Assembly (NCBI GenBank): GCA_964612745.1
Contig: CAZTCH010000005.1
Location: 5,448-69,447 of the forward strand
DNA: 64,000 bases
Source of the DNA: an uncultured Candidatus Saccharibacteria bacterium
Lineage (GTDB): Bacteria > Patescibacteriota > Doudnabacteria > UBA920
Direction: 5' to 3'
The notes beneath the pieces are model-generated. The model was not told where the DNA came from. It saw only the letters and a program-made list of their open reading frames with translations, and searched no databases. Shown here one piece after another: positions 1-9,375 of this stretch. The stretch's first letter is position 1, and each line of letters starts with the position of its first letter. The position numbers and the translations under genes are program-made.

Positions 1-1130
1 GAATACCAATCAAATCTGCATCTGCAAATTTTTCCCCAGCCGAAGCCGTTGCGCGGTCATCGAACAACACTTCTACTCCTGCTTTCGTCAAGGTATCGTA
101 CAGATTTTCCGCTGCAGCCATCACTGCTTCGCCTTCTTTCCCCGCAAGCGCCAACAAATGCACTTTAAACGGTGCAACACTCTCTGGCCAGATTAACCCT
201 TTCTCATCTGCGCATTTTTCTGCTATCACACCCATCAGTCGGCTCACTCCAATACCATAGCACCCCATAATTGGGTACTGCTTTTCACCTTGCTCATCGG
301 TGTAGCTTAGATTAAAATCTTTGCCATATTTCTGACCGAGATCAAACACATTACCCACCTCAGAAGCCTTGGCCCGAGCCAGGACACCACCGCACGTCCG
401 TGGACATGCAGCGCCTTCGGTTAGTTCAGAAATTTCTGTGTTCACACAAAAATCACACACACCACAATACAAAATATCGTCTTCACCTGCATCGGTCAGC
501 ACCATAAACTCATAGGAGATTTTCTTGCTAAAACTACCGCCAGAGGCTTCGGTAGCTTTTGCCACTAAGCCTGCTTTTTCGTACACCCGAAAATACGCTT
601 GTTTTACTTCTGCATAAAACCGATCAAAATCAGCTTGCGTTGCGTGAAAGCTGTACATATCTTTCATTAAAAACTCACGCCCCCTGAGCAAACCAGACTT
701 CGCTCGTAGTTCGTCTCGAAATTTCCAATGTATCTGGTAGACAGCCAAAGGCAAATCTTTGTACGATTGGACACGACTCATGACTAGCGGGGTTACCACT
801 TCTTCTTCACTTTGACCTAAAGCATACTCTCGCTCAGTGCGAGAATGTATCTTAAAAAGCACATCAATAGACTTCCACCCACCAGTAGTCTCCCACACTT
901 CTTTTGGGTGCAACATTGCCATAAGCACTTCCTGCCCACCCACTGTATTCATTTCAGTGCGTACGATTGCAGAAATTTTTTGCAGCACTCGCAAGCCAAG
1001 CGGTAGATAGCTGTATACACCCGCCATTAACTTATCGACATACCCTGCCTGCTCAAGCAAACGGCCATTCACCGTTGGTTCATCGGTGGAAGTTGTTTTA
1101 CTTGTTTTTAAAAAAAGTTTTGATTGTCTC
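1..1130 (-). CDS. proS: Prolyl-tRNA synthetase (bacterial type), N-terminal ~376 aa; the 3' end of the gene lies left of the window
   Basis: Minus-strand translation from ATG at 1128-1130 reads MRQSKLFLKTSKTTSTDEPTVNGRLLEQAGYVDKLMAGVYSYLPLGLRVLQKI...REFLMKDMYSFH. This is collinear with E. coli ProRS (MRTSQYLLSTLKE...RSREFLMKDAYSFH). It is absent from the ORF track because it runs off the window edge. Confidence 0.85.
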
Positions 1131-1241
1131 ATATATACAGATCTACGAATCAAACCGATCTACAGATACCTACAGATACCAGCCAACCGGACAATATCCG
1201 TAGGTATCCGTAGATTCGTATGCCATCTGCAGATCAGCGTA

Positions 1242-2381
1242 TTACTTAAATAACTTACCAATAAAACTAAAACCGTTAAAATCATTCACCGTCACCACTA
1301 CCATAAGGAGTAACAGTGCCAAGAAACCCACTACATTCACCGTTTGTTCCAACTGCGGGTTGTTTGGCTTCCTGCGGATTTTCTCAATCAACAAGAACAG
1401 TACCCTTCCTCCATCAAGCGCAGGAATAGGTAGCGCATTCAAAACCGCCAAATTCAGAGAGAGAAATGCAGCGAATTGGAGTAGGTACACAAACCCCAAC
1501 CGACTCGCCTGTCCAGTGAGCTGTGCAATTTTAACTGGCCCCCCAACTTGAGACAGCTCAACCCCGCCACTCACCATCTGACCTAACCCCTCTACAATTG
1601 CCCACAGTTGTGAGCCAGTAAAGGAAAGTGCCACGACGGGTGCTTTATACCACGGGTACGAAAGCTTCCCCACCGTGCCCAGTGCAATCCCTGTCGGACC
1701 TTCACCCGCCGGTGGCTCTGCGAGCGAAGCAACTGCTATTTGCAATGGAGCGTCCCCTCGCTCAATAGAAAATTGTATAGTGGAACCCTTGCGAGGCAAA
1801 ATATATTCTTGTATCTCACGCACCGAGGTTACCCCTGCTTCATCAAGCTTCACCACAACATCCCCAATTTGCAAACCAGCACGAGCCGCAGGAGATTCTG
1901 GCTTTACCTCTACAATAGTCACTTTCGGCGTAGTCATCTGCGCACCTGCAGGCAGTGTTGTTTCGGCATCGAACACCGTTGGCACACCAACAAACAAAAC
2001 AATAGTAAGCAATACCCATGCCAGTACCACGTTCATGGTTACCCCAGCCAATAACGTTGCTAAACGAGCAAAGAACGACTTTTTTGAAAAACTGTTTGGG
2101 TTATCTGGTTCGTCGTTATTCTCTCCAACAATCTTTACAAACCCACCAAGTGGGATTGCGTTAATAGAGTACACTGTACCAAGTGCGTCAGGAGGAGTCT
2201 TTGGTCCAAAGACTACCTTTTTCCCGTTCGGCCCGGTGTAAAACCCAATCACTCGAGGGGGAAACCCAAAACCAAACTCATCTACCTGCATCCCACTTCG
2301 TTTAGCTACCAAAAAATGCCCGAGCTCATGCACGAACACCAGCAACCCCAGAACAGCAATAAAAATTAAAATAGTAATCAT
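1242..2381 (-). CDS. rseP: RIP zinc metalloprotease RseP (site-2 protease) with PDZ domain
   Basis: An HELGHF zinc motif sits near the N-terminus. The protein has multiple TM segments, a central PDZ-like segment and a C-terminal LDGG motif. Confidence 0.8.
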   Translation of the reverse strand: MITILIFIAVLGLLVFVHELGHFLVAKRSGMQVDEFGFGFPPRVIGFYTGPNGKKVVFGPKTPPDALGTVYSINAIPLGGFVKIVGENNDEPDNPNSFSKKSFFARLATLLAGVTMNVVLAWVLLTIVLFVGVPTVFDAETTLPAGAQMTTPKVTIVEVKPESPAARAGLQIGDVVVKLDEAGVTSVREIQEYILPRKGSTIQFSIERGDAPLQIAVASLAEPPAGEGPTGIALGTVGKLSYPWYKAPVVALSFTGSQLWAIVEGLGQMVSGGVELSQVGGPVKIAQLTGQASRLGFVYLLQFAAFLSLNLAVLNALPIPALDGGRVLFLLIEKIRRKPNNPQLEQTVNVVGFLALLLLMVVVTVNDFNGFSFIGKLFK

Positions 2382-2469
2382 ATTTTACACAACCACGGAT
2401 TCACAGATCACACGGATAACACAGATACAGAACGGAATGAACTATCTGTGCCATCTGTGTATCTGTGGT

Positions 2470-3027
2470 CTATACGGTCATTACTTCTTTTTCTTTCTCT
2501 TCTACAATGTGCTTGATTTGCGCGTTGTAGCCATCGACTAAGTCTTGTATTTTCTTTTGCAACGCTGCTACATCGTCTTTGGTTGCATCACCATCTGCTT
2601 CTGCGCGCTTCGCTGCTTTCAAAATATCTTCGCGTACGTTACGAATACCTATGCGTGCTTTTTCCGCCAACTGACCAACTACTTTCACCAACTCCTTACG
2701 ACGCTGCTCTGTAAGTGACGGCAAAGTAATGCGCAGCAACTGCCCATCGCTCGACGGGTTCAAGCCTAAATTAGCCGCACCAATTGCTTTGTCGATTGCC
2801 GGCAACAAACCTTTATCCCACGGCGTCACCACCAAGGTTTTGCTATCTGATACAGAAATACTTGCCACCTGCCCAATAGGCTGTGTGGCACCATATGCTT
2901 CTACCATCACACTATTCAGCAGTGCTGGGTTCGCACGTCCAGTCCGAATCCCAACCAAGTCTTCGTGTAAGTGTTCGAGTGTCTTTTCGAATTGTGCTTT
3001 ATGCTCTGCCAGAGAAGAATCGTTCAT
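2470..3027 (-). CDS. frr: Ribosome recycling factor
   Basis: The 185-aa size and the sequence ...VRTGRANPALLNSVMVEAYGA...LNPSSDGQLLRITLPSLTEQRRKELVK are typical of RRF. Confidence 0.9.
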   Translation of the reverse strand: MNDSSLAEHKAQFEKTLEHLHEDLVGIRTGRANPALLNSVMVEAYGATQPIGQVASISVSDSKTLVVTPWDKGLLPAIDKAIGAANLGLNPSSDGQLLRITLPSLTEQRRKELVKVVGQLAEKARIGIRNVREDILKAAKRAEADGDATKDDVAALQKKIQDLVDGYNAQIKHIVEEKEKEVMTV

Positions 3028-3063
3028 GGTTCTATAATCTACTTTAACTAAAAATTAAGGCGC

Positions 3064-4212
3064 TTATCGTGTACCAATAAACCCCATATACGCCACAGAA
3101 GAGAGCGTTGAGTCTACTAAAATATAGTTGATAGTGGCACTTGTGGCAATAGCGGTCACTTGCCACGAACTGCCCGCATTTGTGGTTTTATACAAGGTAT
3201 TTCCCACAGAAGCATACACCACACCTGATTCGCTACCCAAAGCGAGCCCCCTCACTTCGGTCGCGTCTGCACTTCGGATAGGCAACTTCATATATTGCCA
3301 ATTTTCTCCACCGTCAGCACTAGAGAATAGCCCATTATTTGCCCCCACAAAGATCTGTGCCGGATTATCCCCGATCGCCACCTTATAAAACGTATTGGTT
3401 GGTTGTGTCGGTATTTCTATCTCTGCTACTGTGGTGTCATCTTGGAGTGGGTTCAGTTCGCGTAAGCGTTTTTGCCACTCGCTAAAATCGAGTAGTGGTT
3501 TGGAAATACTTTCGATGGTCGTGGCTCGGTCTGCGCTTTTATACAACCCTTTCGATTTCGTTAAAATAAACAGCGTGCGGTTCTTGTGCCAGATAAGCTG
3601 TGTGACTTGGTCTTGAAAATTCTGCAACAGCGACCACGTCGTTCCCGCATCGCGACTCAACAACAAGTTCCCCGCAGTTGTACCGACTACCAGCGTCTTG
3701 GAATCGGCAGGATCAATAGCAATACTTCGAGCAATGTTGCCTGCTGCAGCATCTGTGTAAACCGACTCCCATGACTTACCACCATTTTCGCTCACCAACA
3801 CCTTTGCCTGATTCTGTGCTCTACCGGCTACAAAAATACGCTCAGGGTTCGTTGGATCTACAACCATATCGTACGCAGCAAAGTCAGACAAAATCTGGCT
3901 CCATGAATCTGCGGCGTTATCGGTAAGGAACACCCCGTTTGTTTGGGTTGCCGCATACAGCTTCTTTGTATTCTCGGGAGCAAATCGTAACGAAAATACA
4001 CTCCCAGAAGCCAATGGAGAATCTGTCTGCTTAGCTTTCTTTTTGGCGGTACTCGGCAACGTTGCTTTATTGGCAAACACCCAGTCGTTGCCTCCGTTGG
4101 TTGTCTTCGCAACCCCTGCACCAGCGGTACCGGTAGCAAAAGGACTCGCACACCCTGCAGCCAACAAGCATATACTCGCAACTACACTAAATTTTTTTGC
4201 TCTCATAAACAT
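3064..4212 (-). CDS. Lipoprotein with BNR/Asp-box (S-x-D-x-G-x-x-W) beta-propeller repeats (Ycf48/sialidase-like fold)
   Basis: A lipobox LLAAGC follows MFMRAKKF. Five Asp-box-like repeats are visible (NGGNDW, ENGGKSWESV, SRDAGTTWS, ADGGENWQ, TNAGSSWQ). The ORF-track start at 4239 is probably too far upstream; ATG at 4212 or 4206 is the likely start. Confidence 0.55.
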   Translation of the reverse strand: MFMRAKKFSVVASICLLAAGCASPFATGTAGAGVAKTTNGGNDWVFANKATLPSTAKKKAKQTDSPLASGSVFSLRFAPENTKKLYAATQTNGVFLTDNAADSWSQILSDFAAYDMVVDPTNPERIFVAGRAQNQAKVLVSENGGKSWESVYTDAAAGNIARSIAIDPADSKTLVVGTTAGNLLLSRDAGTTWSLLQNFQDQVTQLIWHKNRTLFILTKSKGLYKSADRATTIESISKPLLDFSEWQKRLRELNPLQDDTTVAEIEIPTQPTNTFYKVAIGDNPAQIFVGANNGLFSSADGGENWQYMKLPIRSADATEVRGLALGSESGVVYASVGNTLYKTTNAGSSWQVTAIATSATINYILVDSTLSSVAYMGFIGTR

Positions 4213-4219
4213 ATTTGTT

Positions 4220-5029
4220 TTATACATGGAGACATACATACTCGCACACTAATTTTCTATTTGCATTTGCTTTTAAGCGATGGAGCGCTTCTGCCAAAAC
4301 AGACAACCGGTGCGCCGCTTCTGGACCATGCAATTCCATTCGTTGCAAACGCAACCAAAAAGTAAATTTTTCTTGCAATACTGGTACTTCTTCCCCTGCT
4401 AACCGTTGGGAAACCAGCAGTCGCACAAAGTCATCGGCATGAACCAATGTTGCCCATTCTTTTTTCCACACTTCCAGTGCGTCGGCTGTGCCTGCCGCAA
4501 CTCGCGCCAATAGCTCTCCAGGGCTCAGTAGTCCTTCGAATCCTACAGGTGCACCACCGTGCATTGCAACGACCTGCTGTGCGTCTTCCGCAGAAAGGTT
4601 ACCAAAATAGAAAGTTGCACACCGGGACCGGATAGTAGGCAGTACGTTATTCTCTGCACTCAGCAAGAAAAAGTACGTATGCTGCGGTGGTTCTTCCAGC
4701 GTCTTCAGAAGTGTGTTTGCCATTACTACAGTGAGCGATTCTGCGTGTTGCAACACCACCACTTGCGCACGTGCCCCAGCTGGTAAATAGGTGGTCGTTG
4801 TCAAAAAATCCCGAAACGATTCTATATTTCCAGCGGCAACATCGAACTCTAAGATACTGTGTGTTTCTGCTCCCAAAAAATGAGCCACTTCGTGCACGAG
4901 AGTAGCCTTTCCCACTCCAGAAGGCCCAATACAGAGAACAGCTTGTGGGAAATTACCCGCACGCAACCCTTGTTCGAATCGCTGTTTTATTGCTGTATGC
5001 CCAATTGTTTGCCATGCATATTCTTGCAT
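4220..5029 (-). CDS. holB: DNA polymerase III delta-prime-like clamp-loader subunit
   Basis: Both the P-loop GPSGVGKAT and the clamp-loader sensor motif TIRSRC are present. Confidence 0.65.
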   Translation of the reverse strand: MQEYAWQTIGHTAIKQRFEQGLRAGNFPQAVLCIGPSGVGKATLVHEVAHFLGAETHSILEFDVAAGNIESFRDFLTTTTYLPAGARAQVVVLQHAESLTVVMANTLLKTLEEPPQHTYFFLLSAENNVLPTIRSRCATFYFGNLSAEDAQQVVAMHGGAPVGFEGLLSPGELLARVAAGTADALEVWKKEWATLVHADDFVRLLVSQRLAGEEVPVLQEKFTFWLRLQRMELHGPEAAHRLSVLAEALHRLKANANRKLVCEYVCLHV

Positions 5030-5034
5030 ATAGG

Positions 5035-5553
5035 TTACTCCCTCACTTCGACAGTGCCGGTACTACTTGACTGCAGCATATCTCCATACGGCCACACCCC
5101 AGCTTTTTGAAAGGTAAATTGAAATTCTCCACCAGAAGCCACAGGCGCTGGCGCAGCAAAAGCTGGATACTCTACACTTTTTGGTTGGAAAGGTTTTTCT
5201 GAACTATTCCGAAAAATAACAATGTCACCTACACGGACGCGCACTTGCTTCGGAGTAAAACTAACTCCATTGTATTCAACCGCAAACACTTGCGTATCGA
5301 CACCTAGTTGTTCTTCTTCTGCAGTAAACGTTCCAGTCACTACTTTTTCCGTTGGGGTGGGAGTTGGAGTAGGCGCTGGAGTAGCAGTCACTGTCGGCGT
5401 AGGCTGCCCCAAAGTAGTTTTAACTGTCGGAGTGGGTACTACTTCTACCTGCTCAGACGCAGGACTCGTCATGGGCCGGGTTAGCACCAACACGACCGCA
5501 CCCAAAACCACACACAGTACGATAACCGCAGGGATTATTTTTTTGGTTTTCAT
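5035..5553 (-). CDS. Membrane-anchored secreted protein with PT-rich linker and a small beta-sandwich (cupredoxin-like?) domain
   Basis: An N-terminal TM (IIPAVIVLCVVLGAVVLVL) is followed by a TPTPTPTPTP linker. The likely start is the internal MKTKKII. Confidence 0.4.
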   Translation of the reverse strand: MKTKKIIPAVIVLCVVLGAVVLVLTRPMTSPASEQVEVVPTPTVKTTLGQPTPTVTATPAPTPTPTPTEKVVTGTFTAEEEQLGVDTQVFAVEYNGVSFTPKQVRVRVGDIVIFRNSSEKPFQPKSVEYPAFAAPAPVASGGEFQFTFQKAGVWPYGDMLQSSSTGTVEVRE

Positions 5554-5638
5554 GTTGTGTTGCCCAACGGAAAACACAGACTGTATCTGTATTTTTACCA
5601 ATAATATCTATATACTTATTGTACCATAGGCACACTAT

Positions 5639-6877
5639 ATGAGTATTTCCACCCTTCATGTCGTCATTGGCCCTACAGCCAGTGGAAAAAGTGAATACGC
5701 CGTCACCCTCGCAAGCCAACTGAACGGTGAAATTATTTCGGCAGACTCCCGCCAAGTCTACCGCGGGCTTGATATTGGCAGCGGCAAGGTGGAAGGAGCA
5801 TGGAAGCCAGTACCGAGTAACGAGTTGCGAGTAACGAGAAAGCGGGAAGATGCAACCCCTCAAAACCAATCTAACCTTACATCGAAAAAGAAAACCCTAT
5901 CTAATTTGTCATTGCACAGGCAAGCGCCCTCTAATTTGTCATTGCAGAGGCAAGCTTTCTCTAATTTGTCATTGCGAGGAAGCTTTGTGACGAAGCAATC
6001 TACAGAACCACCCAGTCAAAAGTCGTCACGTCTTAATGTCTTCACGTCAGAAGAAAATTGGAAATTAAAAATTGAAAATTCTCTATACGTTTACAAAAAC
6101 ATTCCACACCACTGCATAGATTTTGTTGACCCCAACTACCAGTACACGGTTGCAGATTTCAAGCGCGACGCAGAACAAGCCATTGCAGACATTGTCGCTC
6201 GCGGAAAAACCCCAATTCTTTGTGGCGGCACTGGTCAATACATAGACGCGATAGTGTTTTCCCAAACACTCCCAGAAGCAAAACCAAATCCTAAGCTCCG
6301 CAAAGAGCTAGAAACTAAATCCATCGAAGAATTATTTGCACTCCTACAAAGCCAAGATCCAGAGCGTGCAGCAAACATTGACCCACATAACCCGCGCAGA
6401 CTCATCCGTGCACTAGAAATTATTCACGAGACAGGCAAGCCGGTACCACCATCAGCAAAGGGTAACCCTTTTGCTGCAAAAGGGTTACCCTTTGTGCCAG
6501 TAATACATTACCTGAACCCACCAAGAGCAGAACTGTACGCAAAAATAGAAACACGACTTCGCGAGCGCGTAGTACAAGGCATGCTCGAAGAAGTAGCACA
6601 GCTACACGCGCAAGGCGTTTCGTGGGAACGCATGGAAGACTTCGGACTAGAATACCGCTACACCTCTCGCTTTCTCCAAGCCCAAAGTATTGCCTCCCCT
6701 CCTAGAATAGGAGGGATTGGGGGTGGTAGATCACACCAAGAAAACCAACCAGCTGAAGCTATTTCTCAGTTATTCCTTGATTCAGCTTTTTTCCAAGAGT
6801 TACTCACCCAAATCAAACACTACGCCAAGCGGCAGCAAACATGGTTCAAAAAGTACGAACCGGCAGAAAAAATATAG
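5639..6877 (+). CDS. miaA: tRNA dimethylallyltransferase carrying an in-frame insertion of about 100 aa
   Basis: The N-terminus VVIGPTASGKSEYAV...ADSRQVYRGLDIGSGK and the later IPHHCIDFVDP...ILCGGTGQY are canonical MiaA. An extra segment (roughly residues 65-165) separates them. Confidence 0.85.
   Translation: MSISTLHVVIGPTASGKSEYAVTLASQLNGEIISADSRQVYRGLDIGSGKVEGAWKPVPSNELRVTRKREDATPQNQSNLTSKKKTLSNLSLHRQAPSNLSLQRQAFSNLSLRGSFVTKQSTEPPSQKSSRLNVFTSEENWKLKIENSLYVYKNIPHHCIDFVDPNYQYTVADFKRDAEQAIADIVARGKTPILCGGTGQYIDAIVFSQTLPEAKPNPKLRKELETKSIEELFALLQSQDPERAANIDPHNPRRLIRALEIIHETGKPVPPSAKGNPFAAKGLPFVPVIHYLNPPRAELYAKIETRLRERVVQGMLEEVAQLHAQGVSWERMEDFGLEYRYTSRFLQAQSIASPPRIGGIGGGRSHQENQPAEAISQLFLDSAFFQELLTQIKHYAKRQQTWFKKYEPAEKI
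5900..5986 (+). repeat. Approximately 30-bp tandem repeat, three copies, inside the miaA coding sequence
   Basis: The copies read TCTAATTTGTCATTGCACAGGCAAGCGCCC, TCTAATTTGTCATTGCAGAGGCAAGCTTTC and TCTAATTTGTCATTGCGAGGAAGCTT. They translate to the SNLSLxRQA repeats. Confidence 0.85.
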
Positions 6878-7027
6878 CTTAAATAAGTGGTTTATTTGCC
6901 AAAACATTGACAAATACTCCTAAAAATGCCAGAATAAATAGTTGCACACCGGTGCAACTATTTTCTGTATGCAGACTTTACGTAAGTAAACCTGCATACA
7001 CCTCAGCAACCCCAGAGGAAAAAAGAA

Positions 7028-7396
7028 ATGGGATACGTAATTTTTGGTGTCTTTGTTGCCGCGTGCCTATATCTCCTCTCGGGGAGAATAGAAAAACAGC
7101 AAAAAGAGGCACAAAAAATAAGAGAGGAGCAGTCAGACAGAGTAGTCTGGCAACTCTCCTCTCGCGCAAAAAGCCAAGTAGAGAGCGCCGTACGGCTAAA
7201 AGAAGCACAGGCTCACTCACGAGCACTAGCTGCGCAAAGAACAATAAGACCAGTTCAAAGCGCTGAAAGAAAAGCGGCGATGCGAACCAAATCAAAAAAC
7301 AAAAGCTCTGCGGCTAAAACAAGCTCAAGAAATAGAAGAGCCGCAGCAGTACAGAAACGTAAAGAAAACTGGAGTTTGTTTGACCACAACTCCTAA
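7028..7396 (+). CDS. Small membrane-anchored Lys/Arg/Gln-rich coiled-coil protein
   Basis: An SD-like GAGGAAAAAAGAA precedes the ATG. There is an N-terminal TM. The competing antisense ORF 6978..7295 is less plausible. Confidence 0.4.
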   Translation: MGYVIFGVFVAACLYLLSGRIEKQQKEAQKIREEQSDRVVWQLSSRAKSQVESAVRLKEAQAHSRALAAQRTIRPVQSAERKAAMRTKSKNKSSAAKTSSRNRRAAAVQKRKENWSLFDHNS

Positions 7397-7432
7397 AAAA
7401 CAAAACCCACAAAATCATACAAAGGAGACGCC

Positions 7433-8455
7433 ATGAGAAAACTAATCATGGACTTATTCCCCACAGACCAAACAATTGCGATTTGGGTCGTGGGAGGATT
7501 GCTTATATTGTCATTAGTTGTTCTTGTGAGAAAGTCACTGACAACGAGACAATACCTGATTGCAGCCCTGATAAGCGTCGGGGCAGTGGTTACATGCAAA
7601 GTGTACTTAGGCACGAACATCCTCTCGCTCGATAACACTTGGCTTACGTTGCATCTACTCGCTGTTGCGTATGCGGCGGCGACCTGCTGGTGCAGCCGTA
7701 CTGGTGGGGGCATGTCCGGGGGAGAAACAAGTACCCTTTTCATCCTTGGACTGTTGGCTGTATTGGGCGTTGGCATGTTTTACCAAAGCACACTCAAAGC
7801 CGGTCTCGCACTTTTTGTTGTATTTGCCATCTTAGTTCCGTACTATCTCAAGTACGGCTACGAAGTAGTTAGTGACGGCTACGCAAACAGGAAGTCAGAC
7901 GTGCCAGTTCAAAAGCTGGCATTCCTAGGAGCAGCACTGCTTCTTGGCGGCGCTCTTCTCTACTACTACGCTGGTGGTGGAGTCAGTGAGAGCATCGGCT
8001 GGGTAGCCGAAAAAACCACCACCATTCTTGGTGGAGCTGCAGAAGGAGCTGCAGGAGCAGCGACGGAAGCAGCCGCCAGAAAACAAACAAAAACTGGTCA
8101 AGGTGGAAGCAAAACCGCCGACACCTCTGATTCACCCACCACCACATCAACAGCACAAATCGGTGTCCAGAGAGAGGCAACACCAGCCGAATACGCACAG
8201 CTTCGCGGCTGTTACAAGTATTCAGAAAACAAGGGTGAAGCAACCCTGCACATATTAAACACAAAAAATGAGCTGGTTCAAAGCAGTATGAAACCAGCGA
8301 AAATCATCGGTTGGGGAGCAAAAGCCCGCGCCAACATGGGCTGGAGCCTTCCATTTATTTTGTTTGGTGAAACAGACAAAAAAAAGGAGTTTCCAATCAT
8401 TTTCAACCTTGCGTCGTGCGGAAAAACATCCGCAAAGGAGGACAATTCATTTTAG
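7433..8455 (+). CDS. Hypothetical polytopic membrane protein with soluble C-terminal domain
   Basis: An AAAGGAGA RBS sits 6 nt upstream. The protein has five or more predicted TM helices and is followed by a rho-independent terminator. Confidence 0.5.
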   Translation: MRKLIMDLFPTDQTIAIWVVGGLLILSLVVLVRKSLTTRQYLIAALISVGAVVTCKVYLGTNILSLDNTWLTLHLLAVAYAAATCWCSRTGGGMSGGETSTLFILGLLAVLGVGMFYQSTLKAGLALFVVFAILVPYYLKYGYEVVSDGYANRKSDVPVQKLAFLGAALLLGGALLYYYAGGGVSESIGWVAEKTTTILGGAAEGAAGAATEAAARKQTKTGQGGSKTADTSDSPTTTSTAQIGVQREATPAEYAQLRGCYKYSENKGEATLHILNTKNELVQSSMKPAKIIGWGAKARANMGWSLPFILFGETDKKKEFPIIFNLASCGKTSAKEDNSF

Positions 8456-8468
8456 TAACAACAACCAG

Positions 8469-8508
8469 AAAGAGCTGAGTGAACCGCAAGGATTACTCAG
8501 CTCTTTTG
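8469..8508 (+). terminator. Rho-independent terminator
   Basis: The hairpin AAAGAGCTGAGT...ACTCAGCTCTTTT directly follows the stop of the 7433..8455 gene. Confidence 0.6.
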
Positions 8509-8612
8509 CATTTTATGTATATATTTCACCCCAGAAATTACCCATACAAAAAGTCTCTGGTCGAAAGCGCACCGCGCTGTCTACCAGAGACTTAGACTGA
8601 CTACTTCATAAA

Positions 8613-9083
8613 CTATTGTGCGCAAAGATTCACCGTTTCCCCTTCCGAGCCGAACCCGCTAAACGAATATCTGGTATTTCTTATGGTCATCTCAAATGAT
8701 TCGCCAGGCATTCGACCAGTGAATTCTGCTCGACGACAGTTCGGATAAATTTGTGTTAAGTCTTGAGGACACGCACGAAATGTCTGCCTGACCTCCCCTA
8801 CAAACAATGCATTGGGCAACTGTTTGTCTTTAGTTGCATAAATAGTTATATGCCCAACCTCTGACAGCTCACCTTTGACCCAAAAGCGATCATCTGGACA
8901 AACTGGTGTTGGAGTTGGTTTAGGCTTGTTATTGGCTCTGGCTGCTGCACCTTGTTGCTGGATTGGCCCAGCAGATTTGACTGTCACAAAACTACGTGCA
9001 GAATTTTTCGGCTCAAGAGCCCCTGCTGTTTTACAGCCAACAAACGCGCAGCACAATGCTGCGAGCATGATTATCTTTGCCAT
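8613..9083 (-). CDS. Secreted lipoprotein
   Basis: A GGAGGAAG RBS is immediately upstream of the ATG at 9081-9083. The signal peptide MAKIIMLAALCCAFVGC is followed by a PT linker. The ORF-track start at 9182 is probably upstream of the true start. Confidence 0.5.
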   Translation of the reverse strand: MAKIIMLAALCCAFVGCKTAGALEPKNSARSFVTVKSAGPIQQQGAAARANNKPKPTPTPVCPDDRFWVKGELSEVGHITIYATKDKQLPNALFVGEVRQTFRACPQDLTQIYPNCRRAEFTGRMPGESFEMTIRNTRYSFSGFGSEGETVNLCAQ

Positions 9084-9375
9084 ACTTCCTCCTGTGGCAA
9101 AATCGAACAGTATACAAACTTGCTGCACTTCTGTTAACACTGCGTTAACCAGCACAACTGGTACAGTATGCCACACCCCCACAAATTTTCAACCCCCATT
9201 TAGCAGAAAGCACCAAATAACAATTTTCAAATCCTAAACAAGCACCAATATCCAAATGTTAAAAATTCCAAATCTCATTTTTTGTTTAGAACTTTGTCTC
9301 CTATTTTGAATATTGGAACTTATTTGTTATTTGGAGTTTGTGATTTGGAGTTTGCTAAAGTTTGGCGTGAAGACC

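Noticed and set aside
6978-7295. 105-aa minus-strand ORF overlapping the 7028..7396 plus-strand ORF
   Set aside because: The plus-strand ORF has a good SD (GAGGAAAAAAGAA-ATG) and an N-terminal TM; the minus ORF lacks both. Neither is strongly supported, and I kept the plus-strand one.
8364-8600. 78-aa plus-strand ORF overlapping the end of the 7433..8455 gene and its terminator
   Set aside because: It overlaps a well-supported gene and runs through a rho-independent terminator hairpin, with no RBS.
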